DNA of 64,000 nucleotides, from positions 1 through 64,000 of the forward strand of contig CAWKFG010000004.1 in assembly GCA_963848965.1 (NCBI GenBank), written 5' to 3'. The position numbers were made by a program, and so were the translations under genes. Every line of letters starts with the position of its first letter. Position 1 is the first letter of the stretch. This stretch comes from an uncultured bacterium (lineage in GTDB: Bacteria > Babelota > Babeliae > Babelales > Babelaceae). Shown piece after piece: positions 40,852-50,136 of this stretch. A model generated the notes under the pieces. The model made no database searches, was not told where the DNA came from, and worked only from the letters and a program-made list of their open reading frames with translations.

Positions 40852-41610
40852 TCACCTATCTTTTATAAAAAGAGCGATACTCACAGGAATAAGCATGTAC
40901 CATGCAAAGGCAGTTGTAGTACCGTTCTTTAAAAGTATATATACAAAACCGAGCAGTTTATATGCAAGAAATGTAGAAATACCAAGAACTATGGTACCAG
41001 CAAGATTCCAAGAAATTTCCCTCTTTTGCTTAACATACATTTCAAATAATGCTTTTGTTACTGCGGCACCCATCAATGGCATCTGTATTGCAAGAGAGAA
41101 CAGAAATGATTCCTGTAGCGATAAATCTAACCAACAACCAGTTACAAATGTCGCAGCAAGCCGAGAAATGCCAGGAAGTAGAGCACATCCTTGAACGAAA
41201 CCTATAATACAAGCTTTTACAAACGTAATAGTATGAACTTCATAATAAGGGATCCACTTTACCGAAAATAACAAAAGACTGGTGATAAGGAATCCGAGCC
41301 ACAAAGGAAACTTATTACCTTTTACCACAAAATAGCATACAGCAGTAATACTAGCAGCACACATTGCCAACACTGCATATTGTACAAATTCCTCTAAAGA
41401 GGTCCAAGAGCTATAGTTATATAAAAAAATACTATTAATAAGCAGTGTAGGAATATGCATAAGATAGTCTACATTGTTTGATAGAGCTCTTTTTTGTAGT
41501 ATACCTAACATAAGCATCATATGACCAGAACTGCTTATAGGAAGTACTTCAAGGAGAACATGGAGTGCCCAAAGAATATATACAAAATTGTTCCACATAA
41601 TTTTTTTCAC
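40852..41610 (-). CDS. uppP: Undecaprenyl-diphosphate phosphatase (BacA/UppP)
   Basis: EVLPISSSGH, QGCALLPGISR, multiple TM segments. Confidence 0.88.
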   Translation of the reverse strand: MKKIMWNNFVYILWALHVLLEVLPISSSGHMMLMLGILQKRALSNNVDYLMHIPTLLINSIFLYNYSSWTSLEEFVQYAVLAMCAASITAVCYFVVKGNKFPLWLGFLITSLLLFSVKWIPYYEVHTITFVKACIIGFVQGCALLPGISRLAATFVTGCWLDLSLQESFLFSLAIQMPLMGAAVTKALFEMYVKQKREISWNLAGTIVLGISTFLAYKLLGFVYILLKNGTTTAFAWYMLIPVSIALFIKDR

Positions 41611-41700
41611 TCAGATAAAATAAAGCTTTACAAGAATGGTTCTTCAAGATTATACTGCGCATTGCTTTAATAGTCGAATTTTAACGCAAAGGAGTAGGAC

Positions 41701-43437
41701 ATGATGTCCCTATGTAAGCATATATGTATGGCATTCTTTCTTCTTGTACCGCTAACTGTGTATCCCCAACAAATACCGGAAGGTTGCGGCAGGATTCCCT
41801 TTAAAAAACATGTACGGTTGCCTAAAGAGCAGATCCGCAGTTCTGTATGTGGACCTCGTACAACATTTATTCCCCGGTCGCCAGGTTCCAATACAGCACG
41901 ACGTATAGCCGGATGGTACGAATATCTCCCTGGATGTGACGATCGTGTATGGGGGAACCTATCACTCACGGTTGAATATGCTCAATCATTTAAGTCAGAA
42001 CGTATCGCTCAGTACCTCTTTGGAAGTACCTGTCTCCATTTTTCAGGAAGTCAGGTACCAAACCGCTCGACAAGAGATCTTCTTGCAGACAACTTTGGGT
42101 TGCCTACTACCTTCGTAGGAACCGTGTGCTTTAAACCTAAAATTAAAAATGTTATTGTCGATCTTATGTTTCACATAGGACTTGATGAATGGCATGAAGG
42201 ACTCTATTTTAAAACCTATTTCCCTATTGTCAACGCTCGCTGGGATATAGGACTACACTGTAACGAAATAAACAATCAATCACGTACTACATTACCAACA
42301 TTCCCGCCATGCTATATGGATACTGCTACATCTCCTGCAGTACAAAACATTCGAGAAGCACTTTCAGGAACTGCTACCTTCGGTAACGAAGCAGTGCCCA
42401 TTATGTTCGGCGAATTTGCATGTGACCACGTACACAAAACTGGTATAGGAGATATCGAGATGATTCTCGGATGGAATACTCTTCTTACTCCCACTGCTCA
42501 TGCAGGGCCGTATATCATCACCGTGGTCCCTACAAGTAATAAGCCGAACGGCACCGTCGTGTTTGAACCTCTACTGGGTAACGGACATTTATGGGAACTC
42601 GGAGCAGGAGCTTCTGCACACTATACCTTCTTCCAAAGAGGATGTCATACTGCAGGCCTCTATTTTGAAGGGCATGTTACGCACCAATTTAAGGATTTTC
42701 AAGTACGATCATTTGATCTGAAAAAGCATGGACCACTCAGCCGCTATCTTCTTCTTAAAGAGTTCGACGAAAATAACCAATATAATAATAACCTCGTCAA
42801 TACTATAGACTTTGCTACTCGCTCAGCTCGCGTTGGGGGCAGCTTTAAAGTAGATGCTTCTCTTAAACTCGCTTATTTCCATGGTGGACTAGGCTTTGAT
42901 ATCGGTTACAATATCTATGCACGAAGCCGTGAATCGCTCTGCATAGATCGATTTCTCTTCCCTTCAGATTTCAACAATGACCGCCTAGGCATAAAAGGAA
43001 CTGAAGGAGTATGTGCACGTGTCTTTAATACAAACACTAATACACTGACCAACGATACAGTACCCCTTAACTCTACACAAAGTAATGCTACTATACGACA
43101 ACCAGGCACCGTCGATAATCCGCAACCTATTACCGACCTGGCGCCCGGCCTCGTTGCTATTACTTGGGATAGCCCACTCGATCGTACCCAACTTAAACAA
43201 GCATTCAACTCTAATCCGCCGGTCCTCATCTCAGTTAACGAGCTCAGCCGACGCAGCGGTGCAGTACCAGCACAGCTTACACACAAAATCTTTGCTCATC
43301 TGAGCTATGTAGCACTCGACTGCTGCTGGGAACCACAATTTGGCTTCGGTGCCGAAGCTGAATTCGATGGCCGCTCCAAGTTCCTCAGTAGCCTCAACCA
43401 ATGGGGCATCTGGGTCAAAGGCACCCTATCATACTGA
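41701..43437 (+). CDS. Cys-rich secreted putative outer-membrane beta-barrel protein, paralog 1
   Basis: Signal peptide; family motifs FIPRS.G.NTAR, LLADNFGL, RYLLLKEF, DIGYNIY, GIKGTEG, THKIF, NQWGIWVKGTLSY. Confidence 0.8.
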   Translation: MMSLCKHICMAFFLLVPLTVYPQQIPEGCGRIPFKKHVRLPKEQIRSSVCGPRTTFIPRSPGSNTARRIAGWYEYLPGCDDRVWGNLSLTVEYAQSFKSERIAQYLFGSTCLHFSGSQVPNRSTRDLLADNFGLPTTFVGTVCFKPKIKNVIVDLMFHIGLDEWHEGLYFKTYFPIVNARWDIGLHCNEINNQSRTTLPTFPPCYMDTATSPAVQNIREALSGTATFGNEAVPIMFGEFACDHVHKTGIGDIEMILGWNTLLTPTAHAGPYIITVVPTSNKPNGTVVFEPLLGNGHLWELGAGASAHYTFFQRGCHTAGLYFEGHVTHQFKDFQVRSFDLKKHGPLSRYLLLKEFDENNQYNNNLVNTIDFATRSARVGGSFKVDASLKLAYFHGGLGFDIGYNIYARSRESLCIDRFLFPSDFNNDRLGIKGTEGVCARVFNTNTNTLTNDTVPLNSTQSNATIRQPGTVDNPQPITDLAPGLVAITWDSPLDRTQLKQAFNSNPPVLISVNELSRRSGAVPAQLTHKIFAHLSYVALDCCWEPQFGFGAEAEFDGRSKFLSSLNQWGIWVKGTLSY

Positions 43438-43444
43438 TATCCAA

Positions 43445-43477
43445 AGAGCTCTGCACCCTGCAGAGCTCTCTTTCTTT
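43445..43477 (+). terminator. Rho-independent terminator
   Basis: AGAGCTCTGCA-CCC-TGCAGAGCTCT followed by CTTTCTTT. Confidence 0.8.
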
Positions 43478-43859
43478 AGGGGCGCTGCCCCTATAACCCC
43501 GCTGGGGTCTTAACCCCAGACCCCTTTTACTTTCGTTCTTTTTCTGCGTTAAAAAACGCTCAGCGTTTTTTAACAATAGCAGTCCCTTCGGGAATCTCCA
43601 TCAGAGGTGGAACACACCTCTGCTGATAACACTCTGTTTACAGAACTATTGTTGGTATGAAATACCAAAGAATAAAACGTAAGTCAGCAACGGGCAACCA
43701 GGGAGTTCCCCTGGTTGCTTGACTTCGCGGAGCGACTGCTATTGCAAAAAATCGGTACGATTTTTTGCTTTAAAAGACAAGCGAGGAGCTTTAGCTCTGA
43801 AGCTATAAAGTGGGTTGCAAGGGTGTGCCCTTGCCGGGGTCTTAGGGGCAGAGCCCCTA
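43477..43859. other. 383-bp pseudo-palindromic multi-hairpin non-coding element with 25-bp terminal inverted repeats
   Basis: TIRs TAGGGGCGCTGCCCCTATAACCCCG and (reverse complement) TAGGGGCTCTGCCCCTAAGACCCCG, 22/25; inner 11-bp IR 43574-43584/43734-43744; about ten local hairpins. Confidence 0.9.
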
Positions 43860-43966
43860 CCAGCTAGTTAAGAGAAAGCAAATTGGAGATTCACGTAAGA
43901 TCAGCAAAGTGGTAGACTAGGGCACGATACTCAAAAAGAAGCAACACCAACAAAGGGGGTCCGCTC

Positions 43967-45958
43967 ATGAAGCGCTCTGTTAGACATCTTGTCAGTGCAG
44001 TACTGATTGCAGGAACTATTCAAGCAGAAAGCCAGTTTGTCTTTGTGCGTGGCGACACAGTAGAGCCGTGTGGCGACTCTGTGTTGCCCTGTGTCGTGCA
44101 GGATATCTGCACAACGTGTGGTACCAAGTCGTGCATCTCCTGCGCAAAATGTACGTCGCAGTGTGCCCCTTGTAAGCGTCAGAATGGACTCTGTAATACA
44201 GGATGTTTTACCTGCAGCGTTTGCTCGACACGGCTGGGTATCGAAAGTAATGGCATCTGTGTCCAGTGCAATAAGGGTGGCAAATTACCAGATGGTAGGC
44301 TTGGGACCAAGACATGTAAGCAAGAGTGTACTACAACGTGCAATACTGTACGATCTATTTTTATTCCAAGGTCTGTAGGAGCTAATACAGCAAGAGAACT
44401 TGCAGGTTGGCAAGAGTTTATCCATAGATGGTCTCCTGGGAGAAATTATGTGACGGTTGCTCATAGTTTAGGTTATTCGAGGTCCTTTGATCCTGAACGT
44501 ATTGCACGGTACCTCTTTAGTGACTGTACACTGATTTTTTCTGGTAGCCAAGTCAGAGAGAGAAGAGATTGTGAGTTGCTGGCAGATAATTTTGGGTTAT
44601 CTCCGAGTTTTAGAGGACAACTGCGTGTGAGTCCGGTTATCGACAATGTCTTTTTTGATACACAGATCTTTGTAGGGCTTGACGAATGGCTCTGCGGTCT
44701 CTATGTAAGAGCCCATGCTCCGCTAGTGCATACGAGGTGGGACCTGAGGATGCACGAGAAGGTAGAAGAGCAAGAGTGTCCGCCCTTTCCTGCTTGTTAT
44801 ATGGGCCCTGATGAAGCAAAGGCAACTTGTAGCATTGTAAGGGCATTGAGTGGCACCTTTAGATTTGGAGATATGCAAGAACGATGGAAATTTGGCAAAT
44901 TTGCAGGTTGTGGCCTTTCAAAGACGGGGCTAGCAGATATTGATCTTATTGTAGGGTGGGACTTCTTAAAATGCGAGAATTATCATATAGGTATATTTGG
45001 ATTAGTGGTGGCACCAACGGGAAATAAGCCTAAAGGCGAATTTATTTTTGAGCCGGTTATAGGTAACGCAAAGCATGTTGAGCTGGGTGCTGGACTCTCG
45101 GGACATCTGGTTTTGTGGCAGGAAGGGCTTGATCAGTCATTGAGCATTTATCTTGAAGGTAATATAACGCATATGTTCAAAAATAGACAAGTACGTTCGT
45201 TTGATTTGTGTAGACAAGGGCCTTTAAGTAGATATTTGCTTTTAAAAGAATTTAGAAGAGAAGGTGAAGAGCTTATACCTACAGGAAGAATAATCAATGG
45301 TATCAACTTTGTAACTCGGGAAATAGAGACGTGTGTTCCAGTAAAAGGAGACGTAAGTGTAAAGCTTTCTTTGAGAATACCGTGCATCGCAATTGATCTA
45401 GGATATAATTTCTATGGCCATGCGCAAGAGCGGATAAAGTTTTGTAGAGCAGGAGGTGAAAGTACTTTTGGCATTAAAGGAACTGAAGGAACCTGTGCTC
45501 TTGAATATCAAACAGTGGGCACTCAACAACCATTGTCTTTTGGTTCTCTTGTAAAAAAGATACCGCTTAATGCGACACAGAGTAATGCAACTATTACAAG
45601 TGCAGGCACTACCGATAATGCAAAGAAAGTTGCAGTAAATTCTCCTGAAGATATTGCAGTAACTGCATTTAGTAGGCAAAGCGGCTTAATTGTAGGGCCT
45701 GATATTCAAGAAGCTTTTGCTTCCAATCCTCCGGTATTGCTCTCTGATAAAGATCTTAATAAAGATTCTGGTGCTGCTGGCCCAACAGCAACTCATAAGG
45801 TTTTTGGCTATATTGGTTATACGTTTGAAGATGCATGCAGATGGTATATCCCGTATGTTGGAGTAGGTGGTGAATTTGAAGTTGATGCACTTGCTTGTAA
45901 TGAACGAACGAGTCTTAATCAGTGGAGCTTGTGGATCAAAGGTGGTATCTCATTTTAG
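43967..45958 (+). CDS. Cys-rich putative outer-membrane protein, paralog 2, with a CxxC-rich N-terminal extension
   Basis: Same family motifs; ends NQWSLWIKGGISF. Confidence 0.8.
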   Translation: MKRSVRHLVSAVLIAGTIQAESQFVFVRGDTVEPCGDSVLPCVVQDICTTCGTKSCISCAKCTSQCAPCKRQNGLCNTGCFTCSVCSTRLGIESNGICVQCNKGGKLPDGRLGTKTCKQECTTTCNTVRSIFIPRSVGANTARELAGWQEFIHRWSPGRNYVTVAHSLGYSRSFDPERIARYLFSDCTLIFSGSQVRERRDCELLADNFGLSPSFRGQLRVSPVIDNVFFDTQIFVGLDEWLCGLYVRAHAPLVHTRWDLRMHEKVEEQECPPFPACYMGPDEAKATCSIVRALSGTFRFGDMQERWKFGKFAGCGLSKTGLADIDLIVGWDFLKCENYHIGIFGLVVAPTGNKPKGEFIFEPVIGNAKHVELGAGLSGHLVLWQEGLDQSLSIYLEGNITHMFKNRQVRSFDLCRQGPLSRYLLLKEFRREGEELIPTGRIINGINFVTREIETCVPVKGDVSVKLSLRIPCIAIDLGYNFYGHAQERIKFCRAGGESTFGIKGTEGTCALEYQTVGTQQPLSFGSLVKKIPLNATQSNATITSAGTTDNAKKVAVNSPEDIAVTAFSRQSGLIVGPDIQEAFASNPPVLLSDKDLNKDSGAAGPTATHKVFGYIGYTFEDACRWYIPYVGVGGEFEVDALACNERTSLNQWSLWIKGGISF

Positions 45959-46147
45959 AGAGGGGTTTATATAAACCCCCTCTGTTCTTGTTGACAATAA
46001 AGCTTAAACCGTATTTTTCGCTTCATCGGGCAGATTACTGTCTAGCATGTCTATGGATAAACTTTTATTCTTTACTCTTTAAAGCTTCTCTTCTTTTAAA
46101 AACCTGATAAGCTATCGGGAAGTATGAGGTTTAAAAAAGGAGAATTT

Positions 46148-48091
46148 ATGAAATACCTGTTACATATAATGCTCTGCTCTTCTCTTTTTACCAGCATGTA
46201 TGGTGCAGACAAAAAGAAGGTTGATGAGTGTAATCGTGCATGCCCTGAAGTTATTAACCGCCGGCTTCCTCGCAATAAAACGTGTGATGTTCGTTGCTCA
46301 AATCAGTGTTTTGATTGTGGCACTACCATTTTTCTCCCTCGTTCACAAGGAGCTAATACTGCACGTGAGCTTGTCGCTTGGCAAAAACAGTTGCATACCC
46401 CCTACTATGTAGAAAACTATGTAACACTTGCTGCAACTGCTGAATATACACGATCTTTCAAAGATTGCCAACTTGCACAACGGCTCTTTTGCACCAATTG
46501 TCTTACCTTCTCAGGTAGCCAAGCTGCAAACAGAAGAAATGAGCAAGAAATTATAGCAGATTATTTTGGGTTACCTACCGATTTTAGAGGAACTCTTTCT
46601 ATTAAGCCTTTTATAGAAAACTATATAGTTGATCTTAATATGTTTTTTGGCCTTAGTGAATGGCTTCCTGGTCTCTATCTGAGAGTTCATATGCCCATTG
46701 TACATACTCGGTGGAGTCTTGGCCTTGATGAATGTTTGCCATGTGCAGATAAATTTAGGGGTTCAAATAATTTTCCTCCTTGCTATATGTTTAGCAATAC
46801 AGCTCCGGACGTACCGGTATTTACGCCAGGCAATGTAACGTGTGCTATAGAAAATGCTGTTAATCCTCTGCAGGTTTTAAATAACCCTCTTCAGCCCCAA
46901 ACTTCTGGTGCTCTACAATTTACCAATAATAATTGTACAACGCAGAGTATTCGAGAAGCATTGAGCGGCAACTTTACGTTTGGTGACATGCAAGAACGTT
47001 GGAACTTTGGACGATTTGATTTCTGTCCTCGCAAAAAAACAGGTCTCGCTGACGTTGATATTATTCTGGGTCTTGATTTTTGGCAGTCTGATTTTGGCCA
47101 TTTTGGAGCGTTTGCACAGCTTGTCGTTCCTACTGGAAACAAGCCAAAATCAAAATTTATTTTTGAACCTATTATAGGAAATGGCCGCCATCTTGAATTA
47201 GGAGGTGGTGTGAGTATGCATTGGTCTCTGTTCAGTGATCATTGTACCGGAGGACGTAATTTGGGTCTTTATATTGAAGGAAATGTAACCCACTTGTTTA
47301 CTAATGACCAAATTCGTTCATTCGATTTTAGACGAAACGGTCTTTTAAGTAGGTATATACTTCTTAAAGAGTTTGATATTAATAATAGGTATCTTGGTAG
47401 AACTATTAATGCTATTAATTTTGCTACTCGTAATGCTGATGTCTCTATTCGATATAAGGTAGATTTTTCTGCTAAACTTGCATTTGCTCTAGGAGGATGG
47501 AATATAGATCTTGGTTATAACATTTATGCACGAGATCGTGAATGTGTTTGTATAAAAACGGAATGTCCGTGTGACATCGATCAACGACGCTTTGGCATTA
47601 AAGGAATTGAAGGAGTATGCTGTGACAACTTTATGATAATGGACGGTATGGTTATGCCAATACCACCCAATGAAAGCGCTCCTACAAAGTTAGTCAATGC
47701 AACGCAACCAGGTGCTACGATGTTTAATGCAGTACTGCCAACAAGCGGTCCAGTACCATCAGCTACTGCAGAAGAAGTATGTCTTGGTTTTAACAGTAAA
47801 GAGATTGGACAGCAGATGATCCCCGTTGCCGATCTTACTCCTGAAAATGGTTTCATTATTGCAAGAAATGAGCCAGTGCGGATTATTTCTTGTAGAGATT
47901 TAGATCCAAGCTCTGCAGCACAATGCAGTATCCTTACTCATAAAGTTTTTGGTCATTGGGGATATATATGGTACAACTCCTGTTACCATCCTCATTTAGG
48001 CATTGGTGCAGAATTTGAATTTAATGGAAAGAAACCGGAGAGTGGACTTAATCAATGGGGTGTATGGCTCAAAGGTGGTATAACTTTCTAA
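46148..48091 (+). CDS. Cys-rich putative outer-membrane protein, paralog 3
   Basis: RBS AGGAG; RSQGANTAREL; ends NQWGVWLKGGITF. Confidence 0.8.
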   Translation: MKYLLHIMLCSSLFTSMYGADKKKVDECNRACPEVINRRLPRNKTCDVRCSNQCFDCGTTIFLPRSQGANTARELVAWQKQLHTPYYVENYVTLAATAEYTRSFKDCQLAQRLFCTNCLTFSGSQAANRRNEQEIIADYFGLPTDFRGTLSIKPFIENYIVDLNMFFGLSEWLPGLYLRVHMPIVHTRWSLGLDECLPCADKFRGSNNFPPCYMFSNTAPDVPVFTPGNVTCAIENAVNPLQVLNNPLQPQTSGALQFTNNNCTTQSIREALSGNFTFGDMQERWNFGRFDFCPRKKTGLADVDIILGLDFWQSDFGHFGAFAQLVVPTGNKPKSKFIFEPIIGNGRHLELGGGVSMHWSLFSDHCTGGRNLGLYIEGNVTHLFTNDQIRSFDFRRNGLLSRYILLKEFDINNRYLGRTINAINFATRNADVSIRYKVDFSAKLAFALGGWNIDLGYNIYARDRECVCIKTECPCDIDQRRFGIKGIEGVCCDNFMIMDGMVMPIPPNESAPTKLVNATQPGATMFNAVLPTSGPVPSATAEEVCLGFNSKEIGQQMIPVADLTPENGFIIARNEPVRIISCRDLDPSSAAQCSILTHKVFGHWGYIWYNSCYHPHLGIGAEFEFNGKKPESGLNQWGVWLKGGITF

Positions 48092-48195
48092 ATACGTTAC
48101 TTTTGGTATTGCCATCTCATTATCTTTTGTCTACATTATATAAAACAATTAAGTGGCAGTTGTTTTTGAATCTTATAACAAAAAAAGGAGTACCT

Positions 48196-50031
48196 GTGAA
48201 ACGAGTTCTTTCTTCAATCGTGTATATCTCCTTATTGCTTAGTGCAACGGGAGCTACTGCACGAAATGAGAACAATACAAAGCGATGTAATGATAATTTT
48301 TGTGATGTTCGTACGGCAGTACACTTCCGTTCGCAAGGCGCTAATACTGCACGCGAACTCGTAGGATGGCAATGGGAGCTTAATAAACCTCTTATGTGCG
48401 AATATTATGGTTCTGGATATATCGCCTTTGAATACCAACGTTCATTTAAACCAGAACATCTTGCTCGCGCCTTTTTTGGGTCAACTGCACTGCGTTTTGC
48501 AGGAAGTTTAGTACCTGATAGGCAAAGCAATGAACTACTTGCAGAAAATTTTGGACTCTCAAGAACGTTCAGAGGAAGTATCCATTTCTGTCCGAGTATT
48601 GAGAACTTTATTGTAGATCTCGGTTTCTATTTAGGTCTTGATGCCTGGGTTCAAGGACTTTATTTTAGAGCACATGCTCCCTTTGTACATGCTCGATGGA
48701 AACTTGGAGCAACACAAGTACGTAATAACGAAAATGGTGCAGGAAATAGAAAACCAACATTTGCTCCATGTTTTGTAGGAGAAGAGAGCGATCAGGCCGC
48801 ACAAACTATTGAACAAGCGCTGAGTGGCAATTTCCTTTTTGGAGATTTAAAGACTCGGTGGTGTGCAGGCAAGTTTGATTTTTGTAAACGTACGAAAAAT
48901 GGACTTGCAGATATAGATCTTATTCTTGGTTATAATTTCATTAATGATGATTGTTATCATTTGGGCTTTTATGCACAAGCTGTTATTCCGACTGCCAAAA
49001 AGCGTAAAAATGAATTTGTGTTCGATCCTCTCATCGGTAACGGAAGACACTTTGAGCTTGGTGCAGGTATTTCCGCACATACAGTATTGTGGAGTGGCGA
49101 AGATGCTAATGTAGCACTATTCCTTGAAGGAAATATTACGCATATGTTTAAATCTCGTCAATGTCGCCTCTTTGACTTGAGAAATCACGGTCCATTCAGT
49201 CGGTATCTGCTACTAAAAGAGTTTGATAGTAATGGAACTCGTCTTATTTATAATGGTAATCTTTTAAGCGCTACATGCTTTACTTCACGCGATGTTAATG
49301 TAAGTGTAGATGTAAAAGCAGATTTTTCTTTAAAACTTGCTTACCGGTGGTGCGGCTTCGGTTTTGATATAGGATATAATATCTATGGTCATAGTGCAGA
49401 GACTATTGATCGTCGGTGTGACGGATGTCCAACTGGCATCGATAAAAGACGATTTGGTATCAAAGGTACTGAAAATACTTGTTGCTTCAATTTCCCTGTA
49501 GGCATAGTTTCTGAAAATGATCAAGAAATTCCTACAATATTTCCTGAAGGAGCACCTTTTGAAGTTCCTGTACCTGAAGGATGTCCTGCTGTAGCAAGTC
49601 CTGTAGTAGTAAGAAAAGTAGCAAATAATAGTACGCAAGCAGATGCAACAGCATTTAGACCAGGAGCTACCGTAACTCCTACTATTGCCGCAAGTGCATG
49701 TACTGTATGCTTAACAAGAGCTGACAATGTTATTGCTCCTATAGCAGTTGCAGATCTTACTCCTGAAAATGGATTTATTGTAACGAATACTACACGACCA
49801 ACTATTCTTACTACAAATGACCTTAACTTATGCTCTGGTGAAGCTCTTTCAGTGCTTACTCATAAAGTCTTTGGTCATATATGTTATACTTGGATGGACG
49901 AATGCGGTTGGAATCCACAACTTGGTCTTGGTGCCGAAGTTGAATTTGATGGAAAGCGGCACCGTAATGGTACAGAACGAAATGGTTTAAACCAATGGGG
50001 TATCTGGATAAAAGGTGTTATCTCCTTCTAA
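48196..50031 (+). CDS. Cys-rich putative outer-membrane protein, paralog 4
   Basis: GTG start after AGGAG; RSQGANTAREL; ends NQWGIWIKGVISF. Confidence 0.8.
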   Translation: MKRVLSSIVYISLLLSATGATARNENNTKRCNDNFCDVRTAVHFRSQGANTARELVGWQWELNKPLMCEYYGSGYIAFEYQRSFKPEHLARAFFGSTALRFAGSLVPDRQSNELLAENFGLSRTFRGSIHFCPSIENFIVDLGFYLGLDAWVQGLYFRAHAPFVHARWKLGATQVRNNENGAGNRKPTFAPCFVGEESDQAAQTIEQALSGNFLFGDLKTRWCAGKFDFCKRTKNGLADIDLILGYNFINDDCYHLGFYAQAVIPTAKKRKNEFVFDPLIGNGRHFELGAGISAHTVLWSGEDANVALFLEGNITHMFKSRQCRLFDLRNHGPFSRYLLLKEFDSNGTRLIYNGNLLSATCFTSRDVNVSVDVKADFSLKLAYRWCGFGFDIGYNIYGHSAETIDRRCDGCPTGIDKRRFGIKGTENTCCFNFPVGIVSENDQEIPTIFPEGAPFEVPVPEGCPAVASPVVVRKVANNSTQADATAFRPGATVTPTIAASACTVCLTRADNVIAPIAVADLTPENGFIVTNTTRPTILTTNDLNLCSGEALSVLTHKVFGHICYTWMDECGWNPQLGLGAEVEFDGKRHRNGTERNGLNQWGIWIKGVISF

Positions 50032-50036
50032 AGTAC

Positions 50037-50064
50037 AAGGCTCCTCATATGAGGGGCCTTTTTT
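50037..50064 (+). terminator. Rho-independent terminator
   Basis: AAGGCTCCTC-ATAT-GAGGGGCCTTTTTT. Confidence 0.8.
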
Positions 50065-50136
50065 CTATTCATTTTTCTTAAAATACAAGGTATGCTAAAA
50101 AAGCAGTATTTTATTATTACCTACTAAAGGGGGACC

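Noticed and set aside
43477..43859. tmRNA, RNase P RNA, CRISPR array or canonical oriC
   Set aside because: No tRNA-like ends, no GAGGAAAGTCC, no repeat-spacer periodicity and no DnaA boxes seen.
46052..46060. DnaA-box-like TATGGATAA
   Set aside because: A single one-mismatch copy in AT-rich DNA is expected by chance.
41701..50031. Diversity-generating retroelement acting on the paralogs
   Set aside because: No reverse transcriptase and no near-identical TR/VR pair differing only at adenines.
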